From the NCBI GenBank assembly GCA_963662315.1, contig OY759353.1:2784001-2848000 (forward strand): 64,000 bases of DNA. The letters run 5' to 3'. This DNA is from Geopsychrobacteraceae bacterium (GTDB taxonomy: Bacteria > Desulfobacterota > Desulfuromonadia > Desulfuromonadales > Geopsychrobacteraceae). How positions within the stretch are numbered: position 1 is the first letter of the stretch; each line of letters starts with the position of its first letter. Below are positions 10,358 to 19,529 of the stretch, in pieces. The notes beneath the pieces are model-generated. The model had not been told where the DNA came from. It did not search any database and was given only the letters and a program-made list of their open reading frames with translations. Both the position numbers and the translations under genes were made by a program.

Positions 10358-11141
10358 GGGGACATAATACCTATTTCCTATCATTTCGTGGCCTCCCAGC
10401 TGTTTTCAATCGCAACTCTCGCCCCGTTAATACTTCAAGATCAGAAATAAATTCTTCCCCACCCAATGGTCGACCTGTTTTCGTTCTTTTTTGGATCATG
10501 CGATCCTGCTCTTCATCTGTTGTCTCCAGAAACGTTGCCCAATTGCCCACCATTTCCGGCAATATCCGTTCCCGTAACAGAGGATCATGCTCGGTCACTC
10601 CGCAGTTGTAATGCACGCTCGACCATGGATAATCCACGGGCGAGTCAACCATGCCTGCAGCTACAGGATTGCGCTCCACGTAGCGTCCTGCGGCCAGCAA
10701 ATGTTGCTGGTCGAGCACACAGGAACCGAAACGGCCTTGAAACAAATAGCCACGGACTCCTTCGGTGAAATTCTTCATGCGGGTATAGCGACGGTGGGCT
10801 TCACCGATAGTTCGAGCCAGGGATTCTTCATTTTCAGGAACGGCAATCAGGTGAACATGGTTGGTCATCAGACACCAGGCCAGAAAGGTGACACCTGAGA
10901 GTTCGGCTTGTTCTGCCATGACCTGCAAATAGGTAAGTCGATCTTGATCACCAGCAAAGATGTCCATGGAACGGACACCGCGTTGGGTTATGTGATGTGG
11001 ATAGTTTGGAACAACCAGACGAGCAAAACGTGCCATCAATCCCCCTCCGGATCGGTGTCATTTCATATTATGGGCAAGTGACTGACAGTCTAGCGAATTC
11101 TTTTTTCCCTTGCACGATCTTTAAATAGGTATTATGTCCCC
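10358..11141 (-). mobile_element. Inverted-repeat-bounded element carrying a RAYT-like transposase
   Basis: Perfect 19-bp inverted repeat GGGGACATAATACCTATTT (10358-10376) / AAATAGGTATTATGTCCCC (11123-11141). Confidence 0.75.
10371..11036 (-). CDS. REP-associated (RAYT-like) Y1 HUH tyrosine transposase
   Basis: PHHITQRG, CLMTNHVHL (HUH), LFQGRF, RYVERNPV, YPWSS motifs; GGAGGG RBS. Confidence 0.9.
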   Translation of the reverse strand: MARFARLVVPNYPHHITQRGVRSMDIFAGDQDRLTYLQVMAEQAELSGVTFLAWCLMTNHVHLIAVPENEESLARTIGEAHRRYTRMKNFTEGVRGYLFQGRFGSCVLDQQHLLAAGRYVERNPVAAGMVDSPVDYPWSSVHYNCGVTEHDPLLRERILPEMVGNWATFLETTDEEQDRMIQKRTKTGRPLGGEEFISDLEVLTGRELRLKTAGRPRNDRK

Positions 11142-11528
11142 CGAATATTTAATGACGGCTTCCGTAAAAGCCCGCTCCGGGGATTCACCCGCAGCAACGG
11201 AAATAGCCGTCTCCATTGTGAGAGTGATCAGGCTTCCGGCAGGTCCGCCAAACAGTTTGATATATTTCAGGGTACTCCCTTCCGGGATAAGACTTCCTTC
11301 GGGCAGAGTCTCCGCCGCATAGCTGACCGCCGCTGCCGTCAGGTTAGTGACCAGACTGGCAAAATCAGCTGTATTATCCGGAGTGATATCGTTTGCCTCA
11401 AGAGCAGCCACGACGTCATTGACAACGGACGAGTTGTTGTCTTTGGTTTGCTCAAACCAGTCTTTCTGCGATCCCGTTGCCTGTGATTCTTCGGCTATTA
11501 TGCGATAGCTCCCCAAATCATTACTCAT
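11121..11528 (-). pseudogene. Probably truncated partner gene (135 aa) reading into the RAYT inverted repeat
   Basis: Coupled to the 11521 stop; last codons (GDIIPI*) are supplied by the inverted repeat. Confidence 0.6.
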
Positions 11529-12741
11529 CGATCTCCTCCTCTATCAGTTTAAGTTCTTCTCGAAACACTCTTTTTATGGTTGGTATACGTTGTTTTTCAC
11601 TAAACTTTTTATCAATTTTTCCGTAATAGCGTTCTTCACCCGACACCTCCAAACCACAATAATTTTCCAAAACATATCTGTGAAAGCTGGCATCGTAACT
11701 GTCAATGGTCATGACGTAGAAATCTTCCGCCAGGCTGGATTGTCGACGATGCAATCGATCCCATACATAGTTAGCAGCCTTGGGATCAGCAAATTCCCGA
11801 CGTGCTTTGAGATAATCTGGGATCAAAGGGTGTTGGCAAGTGAAGCCCCCGGTGAAGATCGATGCGTAAAGCAGATCGCCGGAAAGATTAATCGCCAACA
11901 TCTGCCTTAACGCCTCGACATCGGGTTGTTCTCGTTTGATCTTGTCGTAAAGGCCCGCAGCAATCCATTTGCTGCGCAGTTCAACAATCCAGTGATAAAG
12001 TTCACGTATTTGTTTAACTCTTTCCTTTCTTTGCAGGAGGGGCTTTGCAGACCCGAATCGTTTATCTTCATAAAAACCTTTATGAACGTGAAAATAAAAA
12101 ACAAGTTCCGGAAAATTGATCAGAGCTTTTTCCCGCTCCATCTGCTGGTCATCGATGGGATGCGTTGCCATAATGGTTATGGCGTCATACATGTGATCAA
12201 GCAGACGACGCATACCGTAGGAAGGCTTATAGCTGTTTGTCCCATAGGGTCTATGCATCCTTCGGGTATACGGATAAAAAAACCAGAGATCATCCCAAAC
12301 ACCACGCTCGCCATCATTTTCCGGAAGGTATTTCACGCCCTGATTGTAGATCAGCTGCTGCAATGCATTTAATGGCACAACAAATGGATTCTCAGGGTTG
12401 AGATAAGTGCAAAGAACCCAACGCACACCACATAAGGGCTGGCCAGCCACAAAATACTCTTTAGCTATATAATTGGCGTTGTCTTTCCCCATCCAGATAA
12501 AACGCTGATACCCGTAAATCGAAAAAATAAACAACGCCACCATTAACGCTACGCCGATAGTGGCTTTACGTTTTTGCGGTCGCAGAAACCACAGAAACGA
12601 CCAGCAATCGGCATAGCCCTTTTGTTTAAAAAAAGCCACAATCCTCTGAAGCAAAGGAAGTAGTAAACAGGGCACGACCAGATATGCCAAAAACAGGAAA
12701 ATACTAAGAAGAACGAATAAATAACCGACAAGAACGTGCAT
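11521..12741 (-). CDS. Hypothetical membrane-anchored protein, paralog 2
   Basis: 406 aa, two N-terminal TM segments, paralog of 8214..9458. Confidence 0.85.
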   Translation of the reverse strand: MHVLVGYLFVLLSIFLFLAYLVVPCLLLPLLQRIVAFFKQKGYADCWSFLWFLRPQKRKATIGVALMVALFIFSIYGYQRFIWMGKDNANYIAKEYFVAGQPLCGVRWVLCTYLNPENPFVVPLNALQQLIYNQGVKYLPENDGERGVWDDLWFFYPYTRRMHRPYGTNSYKPSYGMRRLLDHMYDAITIMATHPIDDQQMEREKALINFPELVFYFHVHKGFYEDKRFGSAKPLLQRKERVKQIRELYHWIVELRSKWIAAGLYDKIKREQPDVEALRQMLAINLSGDLLYASIFTGGFTCQHPLIPDYLKARREFADPKAANYVWDRLHRRQSSLAEDFYVMTIDSYDASFHRYVLENYCGLEVSGEERYYGKIDKKFSEKQRIPTIKRVFREELKLIEEEIDE

Positions 12742-12765
12742 TAGGAAACTATTCCTTTAAACGAA

Positions 12766-12818
12766 AACAGCCCGCCTCCGATCAGCAGGATTTTTCCTGT
12801 CACCGAAAACGGGCTGTT
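12766..12818 (-). promoter_or_regulatory. Conserved 53-nt leader hairpin (copy 2)
   Basis: AACAGCCCG...CGGGCTGTT closing stem, homologous to 9483-9535. Confidence 0.55.
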
Positions 12819-13443
12819 ATTATTTGAAAATCTTCTTTTCATGACTTCCCCTCCACTTAACCACTCAAAACATGTCAATCAATGTGATGTAAACATCTTA
12901 TTGTTAGAGTAGAATTTATTAAAAGCATCTGTCCAACAGATTATTCTGATAAGCCATTCCAAACCAAACGGATTTTCAAATATCTCACTTAAAAGCCAAA
13001 AACTTCATGCAGAGCTAATTGTAGAAAAACTAATAGAGCCTAATCTTTTTGATTTTCATAATAACTTAAGGTATTTAAAAACCCAACGCAACACAATAAC
13101 GGCGTTTTAAAAAACGCATATTTTTACACGCTTTAAACAAAAAAGATGGTACCATCCACATTTGACACACTTCTGGAGACTCCAGTATCAAATAGAAAAA
13201 TATCAGCCTTAAACAATGTCAGAGGTTTCTTAAGGCAGGCAACTCTTCCCCCGCTTTTTTCTTCCCCTCTAATTGCCCCCGGCACAGCGTGAGAAGGCCC
13301 TCAATAGCAACCTGCATTGATCAACAAGGCAGATATTTCTGCCTCACATTGAATATGGCTTGATTACCACCCTTTTCAATATTACTCTTCCAGTTCTCTA
13401 ACCTCGTTGTCATCTGGAACCATTGGATGGCAATAAATGATGT

Positions 13444-13576
13444 CTTCAGATTGGAAATAAGCAGTTTTCCGTTGTGGCAAGGAAATCAAGAACTTGTGCG
13501 GAAGCGTACACCGTTACGCCACACAAGTAAGCCTGCAGATTGACTGCGGGAAAAAGCCGTTTCCGGACGGAAACTA
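13444..13576. repeat. Dispersed ~135 bp repeat, type C (copy 1)
   Basis: CTTCAGA..CAAGGAAATCA..GCGGA.GCGTA..CGTTACG.CACACAA..GATTGAC..GCCGTTTCCG shared with 19393-19529. Confidence 0.75.
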
Positions 13577-14407
13577 GTCAGCCGCTGCGGCGATGAGGGC
13601 TTGCAGATCAGCTTGCACAGGCAGTACCTGTTCGAGGGAGCAGCTGTTTGCCTTGATTTCCCGGTTGAGACTGTCGATGCGGTTTTGGGGATGGGGATGA
13701 GATGCCAGCAGATACGGGAGCCGGCTTGTTCGTTCGCGGGCCAGGCGAGCGAAGAAGGTTGTTGCGCCACTACAGTTGCCGTAGACCCGTTCCAACATGG
13801 TGAGGCCGAAACTGTCGGCGGCCTGTTCCTGGGCTTTGGAGTATTGGCTTTGCACGCTGAGCAGACTTTTCGCCAGCAAGTCGCTGGCGGCGTTGTCCTT
13901 GCCGAAGAGCAGGGCACTGGCCACCGTCACTCCCAGCCCGCGACCGAGACCACGCAGGTGGTCGCGGTGGGCAAAGTGGCCTAATTCGTGGGCCAGGATC
14001 ATGGTCAGTTCGTTTTCCGATTCAACCTGGCGAAGCAGGCCGGAGAAGACCACAATGGTCCCGCCGGGCAGGGCAACGGCATTCACGTCATCGCGCATAT
14101 CCAGAAAGATATGAAACTGATAGTTGCGTAAAATCGAGTCTTCCGGCAGCTTAGCCAGAATTTTTTGCAGGCGTTGCTCAAGGGCCGGGCTTTCTTGGCC
14201 GGAAAACTGTTCCAAGGCCTGACTGCCGAGCCAGGTTTCCAGTCGGGGTGGGATTCTCTCCACCGCCAGATCGGTCGCCAGGCCGAAGACAACAAACAGC
14301 AGAACGCCGATGCTGACCAGTCCGCCGAGCATCCAGGCCAGTTCGGTCAGCGGGTGGGTTTTAGAGACATTGACGTTGTCCTGCGGATAACGGGCGGTGA
14401 ATTTCAT
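13574..14407 (-). CDS. M48 family zinc metallopeptidase
   Basis: NAVALPGG, AHELGH, E-x-x-AD, SHP motifs; N-terminal TM. Confidence 0.93.
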   Translation of the reverse strand: MKFTARYPQDNVNVSKTHPLTELAWMLGGLVSIGVLLFVVFGLATDLAVERIPPRLETWLGSQALEQFSGQESPALEQRLQKILAKLPEDSILRNYQFHIFLDMRDDVNAVALPGGTIVVFSGLLRQVESENELTMILAHELGHFAHRDHLRGLGRGLGVTVASALLFGKDNAASDLLAKSLLSVQSQYSKAQEQAADSFGLTMLERVYGNCSGATTFFARLARERTSRLPYLLASHPHPQNRIDSLNREIKANSCSLEQVLPVQADLQALIAAAAD

Positions 14408-14880
14408 GTTTTTTGCAAAACCACCGCAGTCCCGTAGGCAATGGCTTCGACACTGCCAATATTTTTTTTGCGGTTGGCGTTTTTACCAATGGCTGCGGTT
14501 TCCAGGCGCATATTGATGACCATTTTCGCACCCCGCCGGTCCGCCTCTTCCTTCATTCGCAGAATGGCCTCCCGCCGAGCCCGGTCGACCAGGGATTCGT
14601 AAGATTTGACCCGCCCGCCGAAGATATTGCGCAGGATCGCCAGCAGCCGCTTAAAATAGTCGATGGAGACCACCACACTGCCGCAGACCAGTTCCGCGTT
14701 CTGTATCCGTTCGGCCGGGAAACTGCCTTCCGCAGTCACCACCGGGAGCTTCAAAAGGGCTTTTTCACGCCTGATGATGGATCGATAATGCCGTTTTTCC
14801 GCCAAAGTTCCCGCCAGGTAGCCGAGCACCAGCAGGATCAGGAAAATGAGCAAGTCAAGGTTCTGTAAAATCAGCTCCAT
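14404..14880 (-). CDS. YbjQ/UPF0145 family protein with N-terminal TM
   Basis: GGRVKSYESLVDRARREA, AYGTAV. Confidence 0.9.
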   Translation of the reverse strand: MELILQNLDLLIFLILLVLGYLAGTLAEKRHYRSIIRREKALLKLPVVTAEGSFPAERIQNAELVCGSVVVSIDYFKRLLAILRNIFGGRVKSYESLVDRARREAILRMKEEADRRGAKMVINMRLETAAIGKNANRKKNIGSVEAIAYGTAVVLQKT

Positions 14881-14891
14881 GGCAGTTTTTC

Positions 14892-15206
14892 CTATTCGAC
14901 CCGAACCGCGGTGCCGTAAGCAAACAGTTCCGCCGCACCCTGGGCCACGGATGAGGTGGCAAAGCGGATATTGACCACGGCGTTGGCCCCCATCTGCCGG
15001 GCCTGCTCGGCCATTCGGTTCATCGCCTCTTCGCGTGATTCCTGTAGCAATTCGGTATAGCCTTTCAGCTCTCCGCCGACCAGATTTTTTAGGCCGGCCA
15101 TCAGGTCGCGGCCGATATGCTTGGCTCGCACCGTGCTGCCCTGAACGATACCAAAGTGTTCAACGATTTTTTTACCGGGGACAGTATTTACATTTGTCAG
15201 GATCAT
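14892..15206 (-). CDS. YbjQ/UPF0145 family protein
   Basis: GRDLMAGLKNLVGGELKGYTELL, AYGTAV. Confidence 0.93.
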   Translation of the reverse strand: MILTNVNTVPGKKIVEHFGIVQGSTVRAKHIGRDLMAGLKNLVGGELKGYTELLQESREEAMNRMAEQARQMGANAVVNIRFATSSVAQGAAELFAYGTAVRVE

Positions 15207-15679
15207 GGGTGGGTTCTCCGTGGTGAATTATTACTGTAAAGGTTATCGGGGGATCATAAGTTGACCGATTAATGTCTGTCAATTAATCTTTTGTAGTCTC
15301 GCGGCACAAAAGGACAATCATAGACACTTCTTCGTTCAACACCCTCATCTCACGGCTTAAATCTTCATCCCGAGTAGCCTCTACCGAAAGCGCTAATGAG
15401 CTTTGCCAAGGGTTGAACGGCTCTGCCCTCCAGACGTTGTGACAATCACATTATTGCCTGCCACCGCATGCTGTTTCAGCAGGCAAACACGTCAAAAGCT
15501 CGCCATATCGGTCGTATTATCAAGCTCATGAAACGTAATCATTTATGGCCCCCTCTTTTTGAAATTTCGCGTATAAGATTTCTTCGATTGGCGCAATCGA
15601 AAACACATAAACTTTGAGATTCTGACTGCTTACCTAAAATCATGAGCTAAAAAGTACCAGCGAATGACTATCCCTGAAT

Positions 15680-16159
15680 TCACTCACGCCGAACTGATGA
15701 TCTTTGGGGAAACGCTGCCTTTATTTCCACTTCTGATAGAGGTTCGGAAGATTCCTGCAGCAACCGCCCTTCAGGCGAAATCAGATACACATGAAAGCCA
15801 TTGTCTTCGAAAAATTCGGGCTTTTCATTAGAAGCAATGTAATAGCCCTCTTTATACATGCCATCGGCACAATAACCGACAAAGATGATCCCTCGCTCTT
15901 CGATATCTTCAATATTGATCAGAATATCATCTTGGGCTTTAAACTTTGGATCACTCATTGTATCTGATTGGACCATAACAATCGCCGGGTTATAGGCAAC
16001 GCCGTAATTCTTTTTGAAATCACTACTGAGGTGAGAAGACGAATATAGTGCATCTGACGTATCGCGAAACTGATAACTTAAGGGCTTTTTAACTGTACAG
16101 GAAGGTAAAGCTACCAACAGCGCAGCAGCCAAAACTAAAAGCAACTTGAACACCTTCAT
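15680..16159 (-). CDS. Putative lipoprotein
   Basis: MKVFK, hydrophobic stretch, LPSC lipobox-like motif; ATGA overlap with upstream gene. Confidence 0.75.
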   Translation of the reverse strand: MKVFKLLLVLAAALLVALPSCTVKKPLSYQFRDTSDALYSSSHLSSDFKKNYGVAYNPAIVMVQSDTMSDPKFKAQDDILINIEDIEERGIIFVGYCADGMYKEGYYIASNEKPEFFEDNGFHVYLISPEGRLLQESSEPLSEVEIKAAFPQRSSVRRE

Positions 16160-16536
16160 TGGTCCACTACCTCCAATGTAAGTTTTGAATCCGCAGCGGA
16201 GGCCGCAATGTAATCATAGAATGATTTTGCATTTGTCCGTATACCAATGCACCCGTTGGTTCCGTAGACATTACCATCAGGATGAATTCCCAGTCGGCCA
16301 TTTTGTCCACGAGACGTCGAAAACTGTGGATAGATTGGAATGAAAAAGCCTTTGCCACTTCCATCTCTAAACCCTGCCCCGATTTTAGATGTATATTGAG
16401 ACACCTCCCTACGACTGACATTGTAAAGTCCAGGTTCGAGCTTCCCTTTTCCGTGAGGCCCACTCACCGCATCCCAACGCCCTTTCCCGGCCCATGATAA
16501 TACTCCTGAGTTTCTTTTAAACGTCATGTTTGCCAT
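16156..16536 (-). CDS. Small L,D-transpeptidase-fold (Tlde1/DUF2778-like) protein
   Basis: SGPHGKGKLEPGLY and IHPDG...GTNGCI (His...GC catalytic-type motif); no signal peptide. Confidence 0.65.
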   Translation of the reverse strand: MANMTFKRNSGVLSWAGKGRWDAVSGPHGKGKLEPGLYNVSRREVSQYTSKIGAGFRDGSGKGFFIPIYPQFSTSRGQNGRLGIHPDGNVYGTNGCIGIRTNAKSFYDYIAASAADSKLTLEVVDQ

Positions 16537-16640
16537 CTTTTCATTCTCCCCTCTTCTCCTAATTTAGGTCCTCTGCTCAGATGAAAATGAATAGACTATA
16601 CTGCCAATCTCTGACAGAAATCATATTTGTAATGATTCTT

Positions 16641-16676
16641 AAAAAAAATGCCGGGCATCGACACTGATGCCCGGCA
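16641..16676 (-). terminator. Intrinsic terminator (minus strand) with no gene directly upstream
   Basis: TGCCGGGCATC-6-GATGCCCGGCA preceded by A8 on the plus strand. Confidence 0.8.
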
Positions 16677-17003
16677 AATGAATGAAGATTCCTGGAAGAA
16701 ATATCTGAAGACGGAGCAACGTCTGGCAGATGCCCTGCACACTCTGTCAGCGAGTGTACAAGGATAGAACTCTTTCGTTATGCTTTTCGTTATATACCTA
16801 AATAATCTCGAAGTCAAATATTTAACTCCATAATTTTGAATGACTATTTTCCTTCTCTCTGAAAAAGTTATCCATCCCCCTGTTTTAAAGACGTTTTCTA
16901 TTGCCTTTTAACTATTGTTTCGGATACATATTCGCAGCTCATACCACCTGTGCCATCCCGGTACGTCTGATGAGCGTTATTCGTTCTCATGCGGAGGTCA
17001 TCT

Positions 17004-18419
17004 ATGGCCATTTCACCGGACTTCTCCCGGCAAGCCGCTTTAATCACCAGCAATCGCGAAGATTACAGCGAAATTTATCACGAGTTGGCCTTCCCTGACG
17101 CGACAGCGGTCAGCAACGCCACCCATCTACGTCAGCAATTGCTAAGTGACATTGCGTCAGGCGGTCACACCTGCAATGGTGGCACGAAGATTTACTCCGG
17201 GGAATTATCTCCCGGCTGCAAACTCTGTAGCGAAGGCAGCTGGTCGTGTCTGTTTATTAATGGCAGATGTAACCGCAGCTGTTTCTACTGCCCGACCAGC
17301 CAGGACGACATCGGCCTGCCAACCACCAACAATGTCACCTTTCGTTCTCCAGCGGATTATGTCGCCTACCTGGAACAGTTCCAGTTTCGTGGCATGAGCC
17401 TGTCCGGAGGCGAACCAACTCTGACTCCCGGACGCTGCCTGGCTTTTTTAAGCGCGGCCAAGAGAAAGCTGGGCAGCTCCCTGCACAGCTGGCTCTATAC
17501 CAATGGAAGTCTGATCAATGAAGAGTTATTGTTGAAGCTGCGCGATGCCGGGCTTGATGAAATCCGCTTTGACATTGGAGCCCTCGACTATGCCCTGGAT
17601 AAAGCCACGCTGGCGGTCGGGATTATTCCAACCGTCACGGTAGAAATTCCAGCGATTCCGGAAAAAATCGAGCTGCTGAAAGAAAGACTCCGGCAGATGG
17701 CGGATGCCGGAATCAAACACTTGAACCTGCATCAACTGCGTCTTACAAACTATAACTACAAACGCCTGAAAGGGCACCCCTACACCTATCTCCACGGCGA
17801 AAAAGTCACCGTGTTAGAGTCGGAATTAACCGCACTGGAACTGATCCGTCATGGGCTGAACAACAAGATCGAACTCCCGGTAAATTATTGCTCCTTTGTC
17901 TACAAACATCGCTACCAGCGCGCTGCGGCGCGCGGACGTGGTACGGATCTGTTTCAACAAAGATGGGAAACCAGGACAGCGGCAGGCTATATCCGCAACC
18001 TGCAGTTGCAGGGAAGTGCGGAACATATCAAGAAACAGGCTGGAATTCTGCAACAGGCCGATGCGACGCAAACCTCATGGCAGATCTCACGCAGCGGTGA
18101 ACAATTATTATTTGCGCCAGAACTGTCCGCGTTAATAGCGTGCGACACTTGTCAATTACAGGTGACTTACAGCGAAACACCAGTCCGGGACAGCCTGTCC
18201 TATCGCTATCCGTTTAAAGATATCAGGCTCCCCAGCGGTCGCAAGATATGCGCAGAGAAGATACCGGCCAAAGGGAAACTCCTTGAGCCCCCGGAAGCCC
18301 GCACCTATCTTAATTGGCTCGCAGCGTCTCAGGCCCCTGCTCTTGTTATGCACAATGAAACACTGGCAGAGCTTGCCGTTTTTGAACAACTCCCTCAGGG
18401 ACTGCAAAATTACTTTTAA
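17004..18419 (+). CDS. Radical SAM protein of unknown function
   Basis: CNRSCFYC, SGGEP, YTNG, GLDEIRF; GGAGG RBS. Confidence 0.9.
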   Translation: MAISPDFSRQAALITSNREDYSEIYHELAFPDATAVSNATHLRQQLLSDIASGGHTCNGGTKIYSGELSPGCKLCSEGSWSCLFINGRCNRSCFYCPTSQDDIGLPTTNNVTFRSPADYVAYLEQFQFRGMSLSGGEPTLTPGRCLAFLSAAKRKLGSSLHSWLYTNGSLINEELLLKLRDAGLDEIRFDIGALDYALDKATLAVGIIPTVTVEIPAIPEKIELLKERLRQMADAGIKHLNLHQLRLTNYNYKRLKGHPYTYLHGEKVTVLESELTALELIRHGLNNKIELPVNYCSFVYKHRYQRAAARGRGTDLFQQRWETRTAAGYIRNLQLQGSAEHIKKQAGILQQADATQTSWQISRSGEQLLFAPELSALIACDTCQLQVTYSETPVRDSLSYRYPFKDIRLPSGRKICAEKIPAKGKLLEPPEARTYLNWLAASQAPALVMHNETLAELAVFEQLPQGLQNYF

Positions 18420-18457
18420 AAAAAACGCCCTGCTTCAGATCACTGGAGCAGGGCGTT
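18418..18457. terminator. Terminator between convergent radical SAM gene and pflA
   Basis: AACGCCCTGCTTCAG-ATCA-CTGGAGCAGGGCGTT with upstream A8. Confidence 0.85.
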
Positions 18458-18477
18458 AAACATTGATTCAAAGATTC

Positions 18478-19233
18478 TTATTCTACCGTCAAACCATAGG
18501 ACCGAAACAACTCGGCGACCTTTTCCACCTCGTCAAGTGAAGGTTCCCGGGTCTCCGACAGACGATATGGAAGAGCATATTCCTCCCACTTCCATTCGCC
18601 CATTTTATGAAACGGCAGGACGTCGATCTTTTCCACGTTCCCCAGTTCGACGGCCCACTTTGCCAGCTTGTGCAGACAATGCCCGCGATCGTTAAGAACC
18701 GGAACAAGAACGTAGCGCAGAATCATCGGCTTCTTCTGCTCGGCCAGGTACTCGGCAAAAGCCAGGGTCTTAGCATTCGACTCACCGGTGATAATCTGAT
18801 GCATACTGGCATTGATGCTTTTGACATCAAGCAGAAACAGATCGGTCAGATCGATGGCCCGTTTGACCAGCGGCGTTAACGCCGCATGACCACTGGTGTC
18901 AACAACCCGGTGAATCCCCTCATCCCGGCAGAGTGTCAACAGGGCTTCCAGAAAGCGTGGCTGACTAAAGGGCTCGCCTCCGGAAAAGGTCACCCCACCA
19001 CCGGAAGCGCGCATAAAATTCTTATACTTACGGATCTCATCAAAGACGGCCCCGGCCGTGGTTGCTTCACCACCTTGAAAATCCCAGGTTTCCGGATTGT
19101 GACAGTACAGACAGCGCAACGGACAGCCCTGCATGAATGTCACAAAGCGCAGACCAGGCCCATCAACGGTACCACAGCTTTCATAGGCGCTGATGCGCCC
19201 TTGCACCAGACGCGCCTCTTCAATCGTCATCAT
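18478..19233 (-). CDS. pflA: Pyruvate formate-lyase activating enzyme
   Basis: GTVDGPGLR, GCPLRCLYCHNPETW, SGGEP; adjacent to pflB. Confidence 0.96.
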   Translation of the reverse strand: MMTIEEARLVQGRISAYESCGTVDGPGLRFVTFMQGCPLRCLYCHNPETWDFQGGEATTAGAVFDEIRKYKNFMRASGGGVTFSGGEPFSQPRFLEALLTLCRDEGIHRVVDTSGHAALTPLVKRAIDLTDLFLLDVKSINASMHQIITGESNAKTLAFAEYLAEQKKPMILRYVLVPVLNDRGHCLHKLAKWAVELGNVEKIDVLPFHKMGEWKWEEYALPYRLSETREPSLDEVEKVAELFRSYGLTVE

Positions 19234-19392
19234 TTCTCTCTCACGTAAAAAAAGCCCCGCATCAACGGCTCCCGAACGGAAGAATCAGTCAATGCGGGGA
19301 GCTTCAACATTACATTTAATATTAATAAAGCATTTCTATGACTCAGCAAATCCCTACCAAGGAAACGAGAATTTGCAGCCCCACCATTTCTA

Positions 19393-19529
19393 CTTCAGAA
19401 ACGAGCAATTTTTCCCAGGGTCAAGGAAATCAGAGCATGTGAGCGGAGGCGTAGTACGTTACGTCACACAATCACATGATCTGATTGACGCAGAGATGGG
19501 GCAAAAGGGCCGTTTCCGCGCAGAAATTA
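19393..19529. repeat. Dispersed ~135 bp repeat, type C (copy 2)
   Basis: Homologous to 13444-13576; overlaps the pflB stop codon. Confidence 0.75.

Noticed and set aside
15270..15545. Possible decayed gene on the minus strand (RBS plus MITFHEL...)
   Set aside because: Early stops and no recognisable family, so it cannot be supported
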